DNA of 64,000 bases from Zygnema circumcarinatum SAG 698-1b (Eukaryota > Plantae > Zygnematophyceae), in the NCBI GenBank assembly GCA_037447605.1, contig CM074811.1, forward strand, positions 2,542,001-2,606,000. The letters are read 5' to 3'. Under the pieces are notes generated by a model, which saw only the letters and a program-made list of their open reading frames with translations, searched no databases and was not told the DNA's origin. The translations under genes and the position numbers were made by a program. This document shows, in pieces, positions 52,908 to 64,000 of this stretch. Position 1 is the stretch's first letter. Each line of letters starts with the position of its first letter.

Positions 52908-55042
52908 AAAGCAGAAAGCCAAAAGCAGAATGCAGAATGCAGAATGCAGAATGTAGAATACAGAATGCAGAATGCAGAATGCAGAATGCAGAATGCAGAA
53001 TGCAGAATGCAGAATGCAGAATGCAGAATGCAGAATGCAGAATGCAGAATGCAGAATGCAGAATGCAGAATGCAGAATGCAGAATGCAGAATGCAGAATG
53101 CAGAATGCAGAATACAGATTGCAGAATGCAGAATGCAGAATGCAGAATGCAGAATGCAGAATGCAGAATGCAGAATGCAGAATGCAGAATGCAGAATGCA
53201 GAATGCAGAATGCAGAATGCAGAATGCAGAATGCAGAATGCAGAATGCAGAATGCAGAATGCAGAATGCAGAATGCAGAATGCAGAATGCAGAATGCAGA
53301 ATGCAGAATGCAGAATGCAGAATGCAGAATGCAGAATGCAGAATGCAGATTGAATGCAGAATGCAGAATGCAGAATGCAGAATGCAGAATACAGAATGCA
53401 GAATGCAGAATGCTCAATGCTCAATGCTCAATGCTCAATGCTCAATGCTCAATGCTCAATGCTCAATGCTCAATGCAGAATGCAGAATGCAGAATGCAGA
53501 ATGCAGAATGCAGAATGCAGAATGCAAAATGCAGAATGCAGAATGCAGAATACAGAATACGGATTGCAGAATGCAGAAAGCCAAAAGCAGAATGCAGAAT
53601 GCAGAATGCAGAATGCAGAATGCAGAATGCAGAATGCAGAATGCAGAATGCAGAATATAGAATGCTCAATGCTCAATGCTCAATGCTCAATGCTCAATGC
53701 TCAATGCTCAATGCTCAATGCTCAATGCTCAATGCAGAATGCAAAATGCAAAATGCAGAATGCAGAATGCAGAATGCAGAATACAGATTGCAGAATGCAG
53801 AATGCAGAATGCAGAATGCAGAATGCAGAATGCAGAATGCAGAATGCAGAATGCAGAATGCAGAATGCAGAATGCAGAATGCAGAATGCAGAATGCAGAA
53901 TGCAGAATGCAGAATGCAGAATGCAGAATGCAGAATGCAGAATGCAGAATGCAGAATGCAGAATGCAGAATGCAGAATGCAGAATGCAGAATACAGATTG
54001 CAGAATGCAGAATGCAGAATGCAGAATACAGAATGCAGAATGCAGAATGCAGAATGCAGAATGCAGAATGCAGAATGCAGAATGCAGAATGCAGAATGCA
54101 GAATGCAGAATGCAGAATACAGAATGCAGAATGCAGAATGCAGAATGCAGAATGCAGAATGCAGAATGCAGAATGCAGAATGCAGAATGCAGAATGCAGA
54201 ATGCAGAATGCTGAATGCAGAATGCAGAATGCAGAATGCATGCAGAATGCAGAATGCAGAATGCAAAATGCAGAATGCAGAATGCAGAATACAGAATACG
54301 GATTGCAGAATGCAGAAAGCAGAATGCAGAATGCAGAATGCAGAATGCAGAATGCAGAATGCAGAATGCAGAATGCAGAATGCAGAATGCAGAATATAGA
54401 ATGCTCAAAATGCTCAATGCTCAATGCTCAATGCTCAATGCTCAATGCTCAATGCAGAATGCAAAATGCAAAATGCAGAATGCAGAATGCAGAATGCAGA
54501 ATGCAGAATGCAGAATGCAAAATGCAGAATGCAAAATGCAAAATGCAAAATGCATAATGCATAATGCAAAATGCACAATGCAGAATGCAGAATGCAGAAT
54601 GCAGAATGCAGAATGCAGAATGCAGAATGCAGAATACAGAATGCCAAATGCCAAATGCAAAATGCAGAATGCAGAATGCAGAAAGCAGAAAGCCAACAGC
54701 AGAATGTAGAATGTAGATTGCAGAATGTAGAATGCAGAATGCAGAATGCAGAATGCAGAATGCAGAATGCAGAATGCAGAATGCAGAATACAGAATGCAG
54801 AATGCAGAATACAGAATGCAGAATGCAGAATGCAGAATCCAGAATGCAGAATGCAGAAAGCAAAATGCAGAATGCAGAATGCAGAATGCAAGATGCAGAA
54901 TGCAGAATGCAGAATGCAAAAAGCAGAAAGCAGAAAGCAGAATGCAGAAAGCAAAAGCAAAAAGCAGAAAGTAGAAAGCCAAAAGCAAAAAGCAGAAAGC
55001 ACAGAGCAGAAAGCAGAAAGTGAAAAGCAAAAAGCAGAAAGC
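52908..55042. repeat. 2.1-kb (GCAGAAT)n satellite with (GCTCAAT)n sub-blocks, inside Crypton intron 52829-55046
   Basis: About 300 heptamers; variant blocks near 53412-53474, 53663-53733 and 54403-54453. Confidence 0.97.
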
Positions 55043-58000
55043 ATACCTTGGCTTTATAGGCATGTCGCGTCTTTGTTCCTCTTCATCTTCAATTGTCGTT
55101 TCCGCTGCAAATATTGTCCTTTTAAGCTCTTCATCTCCTATAATACATCCATTCTTCTTCACTAGATAAGAGGCATCATCAAATACGCTCCACGCTTCGT
55201 CTTCTGGACTCAACCCTAGATGATGAGGATAGAGATGAGGAATTCTTGGATCCATTTCTGCAATAGAAGAAAGAGGTAAGTAAACCACGCTGCATAAATG
55301 GATGGATAGAAAAAAAGATGGAGAATGCAAAATGCAGAATGCAGAATGCTGAAAGCAGAATGCAGAATGCAGAAAGATGGATAGAGGCGTACCTGCAACA
55401 CATGCGGTGGTAATGTGTAAGGGGGGGAGGGGGGCGCGGCCGCCACACACCGCTCTCCGCAAGCAAGCAGGGCCTCCCTCGCCTCGCTCGGGCTGTGTAG
55501 CAAACACGCCTCCAGCAGAGATCGAACTCTAGACCTACCGGTACCAGGACACGATGTTCAATTTCAATGGGCGGTGGGCAAGCGGCGGCGAGCACACCCG
55601 AAGTTCAATTTCAGTGGTTTTAAATGACGTGGCGCCGACGTGGATGGACATGTAGACGTGGAATCGACGTGGCAGACGTGGCGCCACCGTGGCATCTACG
55701 TGGCAATCGGCACCGCGGTGACCGCGCGCTCGGCCGGCGTCGAACGCTCGGGCGCTGCGCCGTACCTGGGAGGACGCTGCAGGGCGGGTGGGCGGCCGGG
55801 GGGCGGGGAGCTGCAGCAATTCCGATCGTGGCGATCGACGGTGGGGAGGGGGGGAGCCTCGCTGCAGCCGGTGCACAGAACATACCCTCTGAAGTGAGTT
55901 TTGGGGAAGTACGCCTGAGTTTTCCAATCGTGCGCCGCCGCGTGGCGTTGAAGATCCGTTCGAGATGCCACGGGGGTACGGCGGCCACGCTGGCGCACAG
56001 CCCCCAACGCGTGGCCAATCGTGCGCCGCCGCGTGGCGTCCGCTGATTGGCTCGCGCGACCTCTGATGGAACCCGCAATTCTCCCTTCATGACTAATGAT
56101 CCGATGTGGCGGTACAGGCAAACGCTGATGGACCCCCACCCTGAGGGTCAGTTTCCATCAGCCCGTTATTCCGACGTGGCGTCGTAATGGACGACAACCC
56201 ATGGGTTCCATCAGGCCGTTTCCACCAACGTGGCGCCGACGTGGCTGCCACGTGGTAACGAGGCACCGTTCCCCAGGACGGTCCGAAGAAGGGGGTGTAA
56301 CGCCATTACGACCATTCGCGTGCCGCCACGTGGCTACCAAAGATACGCCAGCGTGCGACTGCCACGTTGGCAGGAAGCCTCTTGCAAACCCTAAAAATCT
56401 GTCGGCAGCGACGCGCGTATGGTAACCGCAGTGGGCCACGGCGGACGCTGCAAATCGTGCACGTGGCGATCGCTGATTGGAAAACGGCGTTTTGATGGAA
56501 CTCGTCTTTTTATCTGCAAAACGGCGTCCTACGTGGACCGTGATGAGCTCGTTACGAAACGGGCTGATGGAGAATGGCCCTGAGTCATCTTCGGACATCG
56601 TCTTTGGGTGGGAAGGCCATCATGCCCATCTTGGGGGGAGGGGGTGTACCCTCATCATGCAAAGGACCCAAAGGACAGAGCAACATCGAATGGTCCTTAA
56701 AGCACGACACATAGAGATATAGGGTAGAGAGTGAGACTGAACGGATTTCATTTCCATTAGGGGGAGTCAGACCTTGACCATCGCTTACAAAATTCCCGAA
56801 TTTCTTACACTAAAAGTCACTTCTTTTATGTACAAATTCTGGGTCGGGATCCGCGGCTCCGCCGTACCCAACTGTACCGAAATGCGTACCTAGCCAATGC
56901 TTGATTCACCCGACATGCTTACGTGTTAGTGTATGATAGTTAGCATGATTTTGTTGGAACATTAGTTTTATTTGCTTTGAGTTGTGTGTTTCCTTGGCGG
57001 CGGTGTGCGCCTAAGTTAGTAGGCGGGAGTACGAACATTGGTCGGTGGAAGAGGCGCAGCGCGACGGAGTCAAGAGTGACGAGGCGCGACGCGATGAATC
57101 AAAAAGTGACATGGCGCGGACGCAGACGCGGAGCGAATTGAAGATGTGGCACGGCGCGCGAATCTATGCGCGAATCAAAAGTGACGCGGCGCGGTGTCAA
57201 CCTTTGGATTGAACGATTCGGACTTGACGCGATGCGGCGTCAAAATGTCGGCGCGCGATTCAACATTGTACGGAGCTGCATCAAATGTCGGTGGTGTGCG
57301 ACGACGCGAGGATTAATGCGTCATTTATCTTGGAGGCGGGGTCAGATCCTACGGCGCAAGACGTGGATCTGCTTAGAGGTCTAGTCGGATTTGACGGAGG
57401 CAATGTACGGGATCCGTACAAGTCTACAAGGATCTGACGGCGCAGGATTAGGATCGGGATAGGGCCCTTGCAGGCCGCATGTCGATGTTGTGAGCTTCAT
57501 GATGTTGTAGTAAGACATTGTATTGAAGGTGTTGTTTTGTATGGTAGATAACTTCTGGATTATCAACGTAGCTATTGTAGACTCTGAGAAGCTGATGCTT
57601 GTGTTGCAAACGTTATACTTGCTTGTGCTGCGAGGTAGCGGGCTTTTGAGTTTATTGGGCAATTTGAGAGGGGGTCTCTCACTTGTGTTGATAAGTTTAT
57701 TATTAAAGAGTTTTAAAGCCGTGAGCTTTCTCCTATCCTTTCTCTTTATTATTTCGCTGTGCATTATTCTGTGAGATTCACTCTGTGAGTAAAATGGGCT
57801 ATGAGTGAATGTGAGAGAGTTTGGAAATGTCATCATCAATTGAAACGCGAACTTCGATGGAGGATGATGCAAGTGGAGAAGTTGGAGGCAGTGGAGGAGT
57901 CCCTGCATCAACAAGGGGCAGAGCCAGGGCCAAGGACAGGAGGAGCAACAGCAACAAACCAGAATGCAAGGGGTGGGGTAGGAGAAGCAGCAGGAGATGA

Positions 58001-58544
58001 GAGAGCAAGGGAGGGTAGGGCATGAGGAGCAAGCACAGACGAAGGAGCAAGGGGGGGCGAAAGAGAAGGGGAAGGAGAAGACGATTGAAGAGGGGATCCC
58101 GCCATGGCGAAGGAGGCCAAAGGCACTGACAGAGCCGGCGCAAACAAAAGCCACCACGCCGCAATGTGACGCCATGACTGCAGCTGATGGAGCCCACAGG
58201 AATACGGTAGCCCCGGCTTGGGGGCAAGCGCGCACCTGCAAACAAAAGAATAACACAAGGGCAGGGCAAAAAACGACTGCGGGATGCAAATGACACCTTA
58301 ACGCAAAGCACAACGAAGGGGGTTAGAAAAATAAGCACAAAAGCAGAAAAAGGGGCAGAAAAAAGGGCAAAAAAAAAGGAGAACAAAAAGAAGGGAAACT
58401 AAAAACGAAAATGAAAACAAAACAGAAACAAAGACACACAAAAGCAAGAAACAGCGAGCGCAAGGCAACGGGACATGCCGCAAGGGGGTGAACGAGGGGC
58501 CGTCATGTGACAACATAGAGTCGCAACAGTCCTTTTTTCTTTTT

Positions 58545-58662
58545 GGGTGCGACACCGGGACTTCTCGAGAGGTCACCCATCCCAATACTATTCCAGCCCA
58601 CAGGCGCTTAGCTGCGGAGTTCTGATGGGATACGGCGTGGTAGCCTAGGTATGATCGCACCA
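58545..58662 (-). rRNA. 5S rRNA gene variant, or 5S-derived element
   Basis: Minus strand reads TGGTGCGATCATACC...CCCATCAGAACTCCGCAGCTAAGCG...AGTATTGGGATGGGTGACC...GAAGTCCCGGTGTCGCACCC; 118 nt with internal control boxes recognisable. Confidence 0.85.
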
Positions 58663-59713
58663 CCTTTCTTTGGGTGCGACATCGGGACTTCCCGCCTCAA
58701 AGTGTATAGAACGGACCTATATGGACGGCCCAATTGGTCATCTCTCGACCACAATCACCGGGTGCTGACTGTACCAGGAACGTACGACTACTTGAGACAC
58801 GCCACGTAAAATAATATGTACACGTGGCGGATTGCCATTAGCTAGAGGTCAAGGCCCGACCCCAATTTGACTGAAAATTGATTCCACCAAATTCAGAAAC
58901 AGACCGGTGCAAGTACAATCATGGATCTGCATCCACTTCTCAACCGCAAGATCAACCCACTTTTTTATCAAACCAAAGTCAACAGAGTAGATGCGGATTT
59001 GTACGGCAAATCCTTCCGATTCATTGACTATTTACGCCACGTGTGCAGACATTTAACAGCCGTTCTATGGTCTCAAGTTTCTAGTTTAACTGCCCTACGG
59101 ATGAAAACCGAAAACTGAGAAAGAACAGTCCAAGGTTGCAAAACTGGCTGGTGGGTTGCGTGTTCTATTGAGATTTCCAGTAAGGCCGACATCATGAACT
59201 TATGGATGGGAACAAGCGATGGGCATGGTTTCACATTGAGCATGGCCATCGCGAGTGTAAGCCGTAGCGCCATAGGCCATAGGGCTTACCATAAACCCTC
59301 TAGAACATAACGCTTGCATTCACAACAACAAATTACTGCCCACTATATATCAATGCATCACTGCATTACTATACATCAACAAGACTGACCAAAAGCGGGA
59401 TAAACATGAGATTGACCAACAACATGTCCAACATGAGTTTTGCCCCGTCCCATGACGTGAGGCATTGTGTCTACCACAGTACCACGGATGTGAAGTGTAC
59501 GGTCTACATAAATGACAAGAAAAGAAAATGATGTATGTGGGTTCGATGGTACAAGTGATTGCTAGAGCAGTGACCCGTCAAATATATACCATGGGTCAGA
59601 TTTGCATGGTGTGAACGACTTTGCATTGTTGTATAGATCATACAAGTGAAGTGTACTCAGGGGGTACACATTTTGTGTCACTTACCCAACCTGCTACACA
59701 CACATGACTTGGT

Positions 59714-59799
59714 TTTCGCCCCTATACCCAAGTCTGACGAACGATCTGCACGTCAGTATCGCTACAAGCCTCCACCAGAGTTTCCTCTGGCTTCGCCCT
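59714..59799 (-). pseudogene. Roughly 86-nt fragment of cytoplasmic LSU (25S/28S) rRNA
   Basis: Reverse complement AGGGCGAAGCCAGAGGAAACTCTGGTGGAGGCT..GATACTGACGTGCAGATCGTTCGTCAGACTTGGGTATAGGGGCGAAA matches a highly conserved LSU segment. Confidence 0.85.
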
Positions 59800-60083
59800 T
59801 CCAATCTGAAATCAAATTGAAGTCAACTGATTCAATCCTCCAACGATTTACAAATCTGCACGAACGCTGCACTCCTTCCCAAAATTTAAAATTCCACCAT
59901 AACCTATACCTTGACGCCCAAAAGCCCATCCTAACGACCACCCATCCATCCCCCTTATTGACCCATCTCTAACAAAAACAAAAACAAAAACTTGAGCCCA
60001 AGTCTGCCTTGCTGTTAAAACAACACCGTCAACAAGAACTTGCGCCAACATGGGTCGCATGCCCCCTCCCTCCCTCGCCCGTC

Positions 60084-61714
60084 CTAGCACGTCGCCGAGT
60101 ACACCCCTTTTCTCACTTTGACCTTGCAGCCGATCCTTGTGACCAGGCCCTGCAGGGGGTACGCGGGCCCCGTCAGGACCGTGGACAGCGCCGGACAGCC
60201 GTTGACGTACGCGCCGGAAAGCGTCGCCACGACGTTGGTCCCGTCGTACGGACCGACCGTCGGGCCGCCGCCCATGCCGCTCTCGACCGAGACGTCCTGG
60301 CACAGTATGGAGCTGGAGAACTGGTTGCAACCGAGAGTGACGGATTTGGACGTCACATCATACACGAGGCTGAAGCCATCGTTCGTATCAGCGGGGTACC
60401 CAAAATTGGCGCGTGGGTCGGAGCTTTTCGGAGCGCTCCACGTGTACGTCTGTCCAGGAAGGGCGTCCTTGAGCTTCACGACCGCGAGATCTGAGCCGTT
60501 CAAAAGCGTGCTCTGCCACGTGGGGGCCCGCTGGAACGCCTTGTAGATCTTGACTTCATCATAGTACGCTCCAGAATACGTGTCGTTATCGCCGGCGCCG
60601 TTCACTTGGACGAATGCTGCTAAATTGAAGGATCCACCGACAATCCACTCGTTATTGTCAGTATCGTAAAGACAGCTCGCCGCGGTGAGCACGAGAGTGG
60701 GCGCAATCATTGCCCCCGAGCACAGGACGATGGGGCCCGCCTGGGTGACCAGCATCAATAGGACCACCCCCGAGCTCAGCCCCGCGTCTTCCAATCCGGG
60801 CACCACCCTGGCCGCGGGCAGACCCACGTTGCACGTCGCAAACCCCGCTGGGGCCACACCGCCTGTGGGTTTAGGGGTGGATCCGCGCAGGATGAACTCG
60901 CTGGGGGATCCACCGAACGTGGGTAAACTCATGTACCCGATCAACGGCAGGCCTTTGCGGAGGAGGTCGATAGGTACTGCCTTCTTGTCCTTCAGTATGG
61001 GAGCCTTGAAGGAGGAAGTTTCCGGGAAGGTGAGCCCCGCAGATTCTGCCAACGCCCGGCGTGCCACGTGGGAAGAAGGCTTCTCCGCACGTGTGGAGGG
61101 GATGGAGGTCCCTTCAGGGTGCTCCGGGAGGGATCTGCAGATGCAAAAAAATAAAAAAACTCAAGGTCAAATACTTATTTAGGATTAACGTCGATTTTTT
61201 TCGTACGTTGCATTGGCGGAAGGAATCGGGGTGTTTCTATGTATGCACGGAAGGCTGAGAATATTTTACTGCCAACAGAACTGACAGCATGGAGCTGATG
61301 CGTAATGCAGTTGCTAGGAACGGGGAACAGAACGGAGAACGGAGCAGCGTACATGTACACGCCGCGGTCCGCGCGGTCGCACTTGACGCCCTCCCGCCGG
61401 CCGCAGTCCGCGCCCTCCGCCTGCGAGGAAGAGGAGGAGGCCCCACGCTCTGCAGGGGACAAAGGGCCACGCTCGAACTGATACTGAAACTGAAACTGGA
61501 GCTGGAACTGAAACTGAAACTGGAGCTGGAAGATGTTGCATATTGCCACGTGGACACCCTACAATGGCTCGGCAGCGTCCATATGAAGCTTAAGAAGTAT
61601 ACAAAGGAAGGGCGCGCTCTTACCTGCTTCAGGCGCTAGGGCCACCGCGCAGGCGGGGGCTGAGAGGAGGGCGACGACGAGGCATGCGCGGAGGATGGGA
61701 GCGAGGGCGGCCAT
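60084..61714 (-). CDS. Secreted trypsin-like (S1/V8-type) serine protease homolog, predicted catalytically inactive
   Basis: Signal-peptide exon MAALAPILRACLVVALLSAPACAVA (61714-61624), exon 61449-61352 and a final exon to 60084; CSGAMIAPTLVLTAASC, SDLAVVKL, FGYP and SGMGGGP. Confidence 0.8.
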
Positions 61715-61864
61715 GGCTGCCACGGGGAAATGGGAGGCGGAGAGGGAGAGAGACGGGGGAGAGGGAGGGAGGGAGGGAGGGAGGGGAGGGAGAAAGGGAG
61801 GAGGACGAATGAGTACGAAGCGAGAGGGGAAACGGTGAGGGAGGATTGGGAGAGTGCTGACAAC

Positions 61865-62223
61865 TAGGGATGGATTAATTACGACTATATAATATATATT
61901 ATATTATACAACTGTGACGACTAGATAACGGCTGTTATATATTACTTTACAACGCCTTTACAACATGTACGGTCGTACGATTGTACGGTATTATGCGGCC
62001 TGAGCACGAGCAGACAGAGAAACCCAGACGGACGCATTTCGCAACGCCAACGCCAAAACGACCTAATTTTGGTATGGTACGACCGTACGACCGATCGTTA
62101 ATTGTTCGAAACGAGTGGGTATAATATATATAATAAAGTCTTTTACTTTATAATATATTACTACTTTTAAACCCGTTGTAGAGTATATAATATATTCGGA
62201 ATTTATGACGCGGGCCATCCCTA
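61865..62223. mobile_element. hAT-type MITE, family TAGGGATGG, copy 2 (inverted relative to copy 1)
   Basis: Same TIR; different 8-bp TSD CTGACAAC (61857-61864, 62224-62231). Confidence 0.9.
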
Positions 62224-63582
62224 CTGACAACAATGTAAAAAGAGGCAGAGTGGGCCTCCTAACCTTGTAAACACGAACAGGTGAACAGTCCGTACGTATC
62301 TGTGAAAGTCAAAATTTGACCAAAGTTGAGATTGGCTCTGAGGGGAGTGTCATCTGCCGACATGTACGGTCAACGTTTTTCAGATTCGAATCTCCATCTT
62401 CGCTACCAGTCCCCAATTGAACCGTCAGAGGACTTCTTTGTGTACGGAATAACTTGGCGTCTTGTGTTAAAACGACAAACTCCGGAAATCCATGATGTCG
62501 TGGCCGATACCGCATCCCGGGAAATCGGGCGCGGGCTGTTGGCCACCAGCTGGTCATGGGACACGTGGCGAAGGATACGCGCGCCACGCCACCTGGCGGG
62601 TTGGCCTGCCTTGACCGCACAGCTGCGCAGAGGGCCGAGTGGGGTGCGAACGTACGGACAAACGAAACATCATAGTGAAAGGCCACAAGACGACAAGAAG
62701 GAGGGTGGTAGCTTAATTACACCAGGGCTGAAAGACTTACTAGCGGGTAACCAGAAATGTGTGGCTACGTGGTTAACGATGTACGCGCCTTTTAGTGCTG
62801 AAATAAGTCTGACTAAGATAGTCAGTCGGCGTTATTCACTTGGGCCCTTGTAAATTCCTCCTCAACGGTCAGTTTGCCATTCGTCAACCGGTTGAGGGGT
62901 TCGGTTGAAGCTCGGGAGTTGGAAACCGAGGCGGAGAGTTTTTCCAATCCCCGAAACCAAGTTTTTTGAACTTCCTTAACAGGTACGACTTCAACTGTCC
63001 GCACTTGCGAGACGGTTCAAAGCCGGAGGGCCGCCGAGTTTTGCAGAAGCTAGCTAACGAGAAAGCGCCACGTGGATTCCACGTGGCACCACGCGGTCAA
63101 CGAACGCTGGAGTATTCGAGGCTGCCCGAAAAATATTTGGCCTGCCCGAGATGTTCGGGCGGTCTACTGTGCCACCTGTCGCCGTTCAGTTGGTGATTCC
63201 AATTTTTCGACTCGGGTACGAAAGACACCCGGATTTGGAGATGCGGACTTTGCGCATGTAATATTGCACATGCGGTGATGGACCTCCCCCGTGTCCAAGC
63301 GTCCTTGAATCACCGCAGGTGCAATATTACATGCGCAAAGTTCAACCAAGTCAGCAAAACTTCAAGAAGTTGAATTTAGTGGGACCACGATTACGCGGCC
63401 TGTGTTTAAAATAACGAATTTGCCCCCCCCTGTGCCAATTAGGGGCCGAGTGGCCATCATCTGAGTCATCTTCAGACATCGTCTTTGGGTGGGAAGGCCA
63501 TCATACCCATCATGAGGAGGGGGGGGGGGGGGGGGGGGGGGNNNNNNNNNNGGGGGGGGGGGGGGCTGGGCGGCCCAATTGG

Positions 63583-63858
63583 TCATCTCTCGACCACAAT
63601 CACCGGCGACGAAGAAGAGTCTAGCAGTTGGTGCTGGGCGCTGCCCAGACTGTCTCGGATGGAAAAGCCTTCCATCTCCATGGCCTCCTTCAACTCCCTC
63701 AAAACGTCACTCATGCAGGGCCGGTTCTGCCCTGCCGGTTCTACACATAATATACCTATTTCAGCCACTTTCCACATGGCATCCAGGGAGTACTGATGTG
63801 CCTCGAGTGTGGGGTCCAGCACAGCTTGCAGGTTTCCCTGCTGCAGGTTCGGCCGCAC
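63583..63858 (-). CDS. Last exon of a receptor-like Ser/Thr kinase (gene continues beyond the window)
   Basis: VRPNLQQGNLQAVLDPTL..AMWKVAEIGILCVEP..NRPCMSDVLREL, kinase subdomains X-XI of RLK/Pelle type. Confidence 0.88.
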   Translation of the reverse strand: MRPNLQQGNLQAVLDPTLEAHQYSLDAMWKVAEIGILCVEPAGQNRPCMSDVLRELKEAMEMEGFSIRDSLGSAQHQLLDSSSSPVIVVER

Positions 63859-64000
63859 CTGCATCCACTCCCCCCACTCAGCCCGTAAGGACCACAATTG
63901 GGCATCCAAAGAGCAGGTAGAGGGAAGAGGGCGTGAAGCAAGAGGGTTTTTTAGGGTTTTTAGGAAGTGAGGTAGGTAACGAATGGGAGAAGTGGAGCTT

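Larger units (their letters stand above)
48969..55255 (-). mobile_element. Crypton (CryptonF-like) tyrosine-recombinase transposon gene with introns; partly frameshifted
   Basis: Peptides RPKSTKASY..VAAFL, MMLRGDDQRSIRLVDLF, GGKKN..QYGASFRH, TLHIFRG..AGRW..NYLSS, YFLER..MVFP and GFVDMLRYFACVLLQD..HPFF (NDC10_II/YR-like, with R, K, HxxR, W, Y). C-terminal TDVLSLWKEFW..GKKPIIEL..W (GCR1_C-like). Splice junctions restore frame at 55047/52828 and 52457/52129. Confidence 0.82.

Noticed and set aside
52854-55165. Long ORFs reading (MQNAECR)n or (ILHSAFC)n
   Set aside because: Translation artefacts of a stop-free 7-bp satellite that lies inside an intron.
57381-58313. 310-aa minus-strand ORF
   Set aside because: Low-complexity, compositionally biased and without a recognisable domain; cannot be supported as a gene.

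Overview
Eukaryotic nuclear DNA with many introns. The gene content (DEK1, class-A GATA, LPAT2, TRF-like Myb, OEP7, fibrillin, RLK) is plant-type, and there is also a Kir channel, so a streptophyte green alga is likely; this is inferred and the species is not identified. Genes in order: DEK1 calpain (+, 5' end outside the window, to 10037), GATA transcription factor (-), a secreted two-domain (Ser-Pro3)n glycoprotein (+), an inward-rectifier K+ channel (-), LPAT2 (-), a telobox Myb protein (-), OEP7 followed 54 nt later by an unannotated 49-aa transmembrane ORF (+), a fibrillin-like protein (-), a trypsin-fold pseudoprotease (-) and the last exon of a receptor-like kinase (-). Intergenic regions hold nested MITEs: hAT-like copies with 8-bp TSDs, Mu-like fold-backs, and a TIR family that appears to make 1-bp duplications. 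The most unusual region is 48-60 kb. It contains a spliced Crypton-type tyrosine-recombinase gene (NDC10_II-like plus GCR1_C-like) whose introns are filled with tandem repeats, including a 2.1-kb (GCAGAAT)n satellite. Next to it are a structurally compensated 5S rRNA variant lacking its immediate terminator and an LSU rRNA fragment. Exon boundaries were read by eye and family assignments are from motif recognition; no database searches were run.
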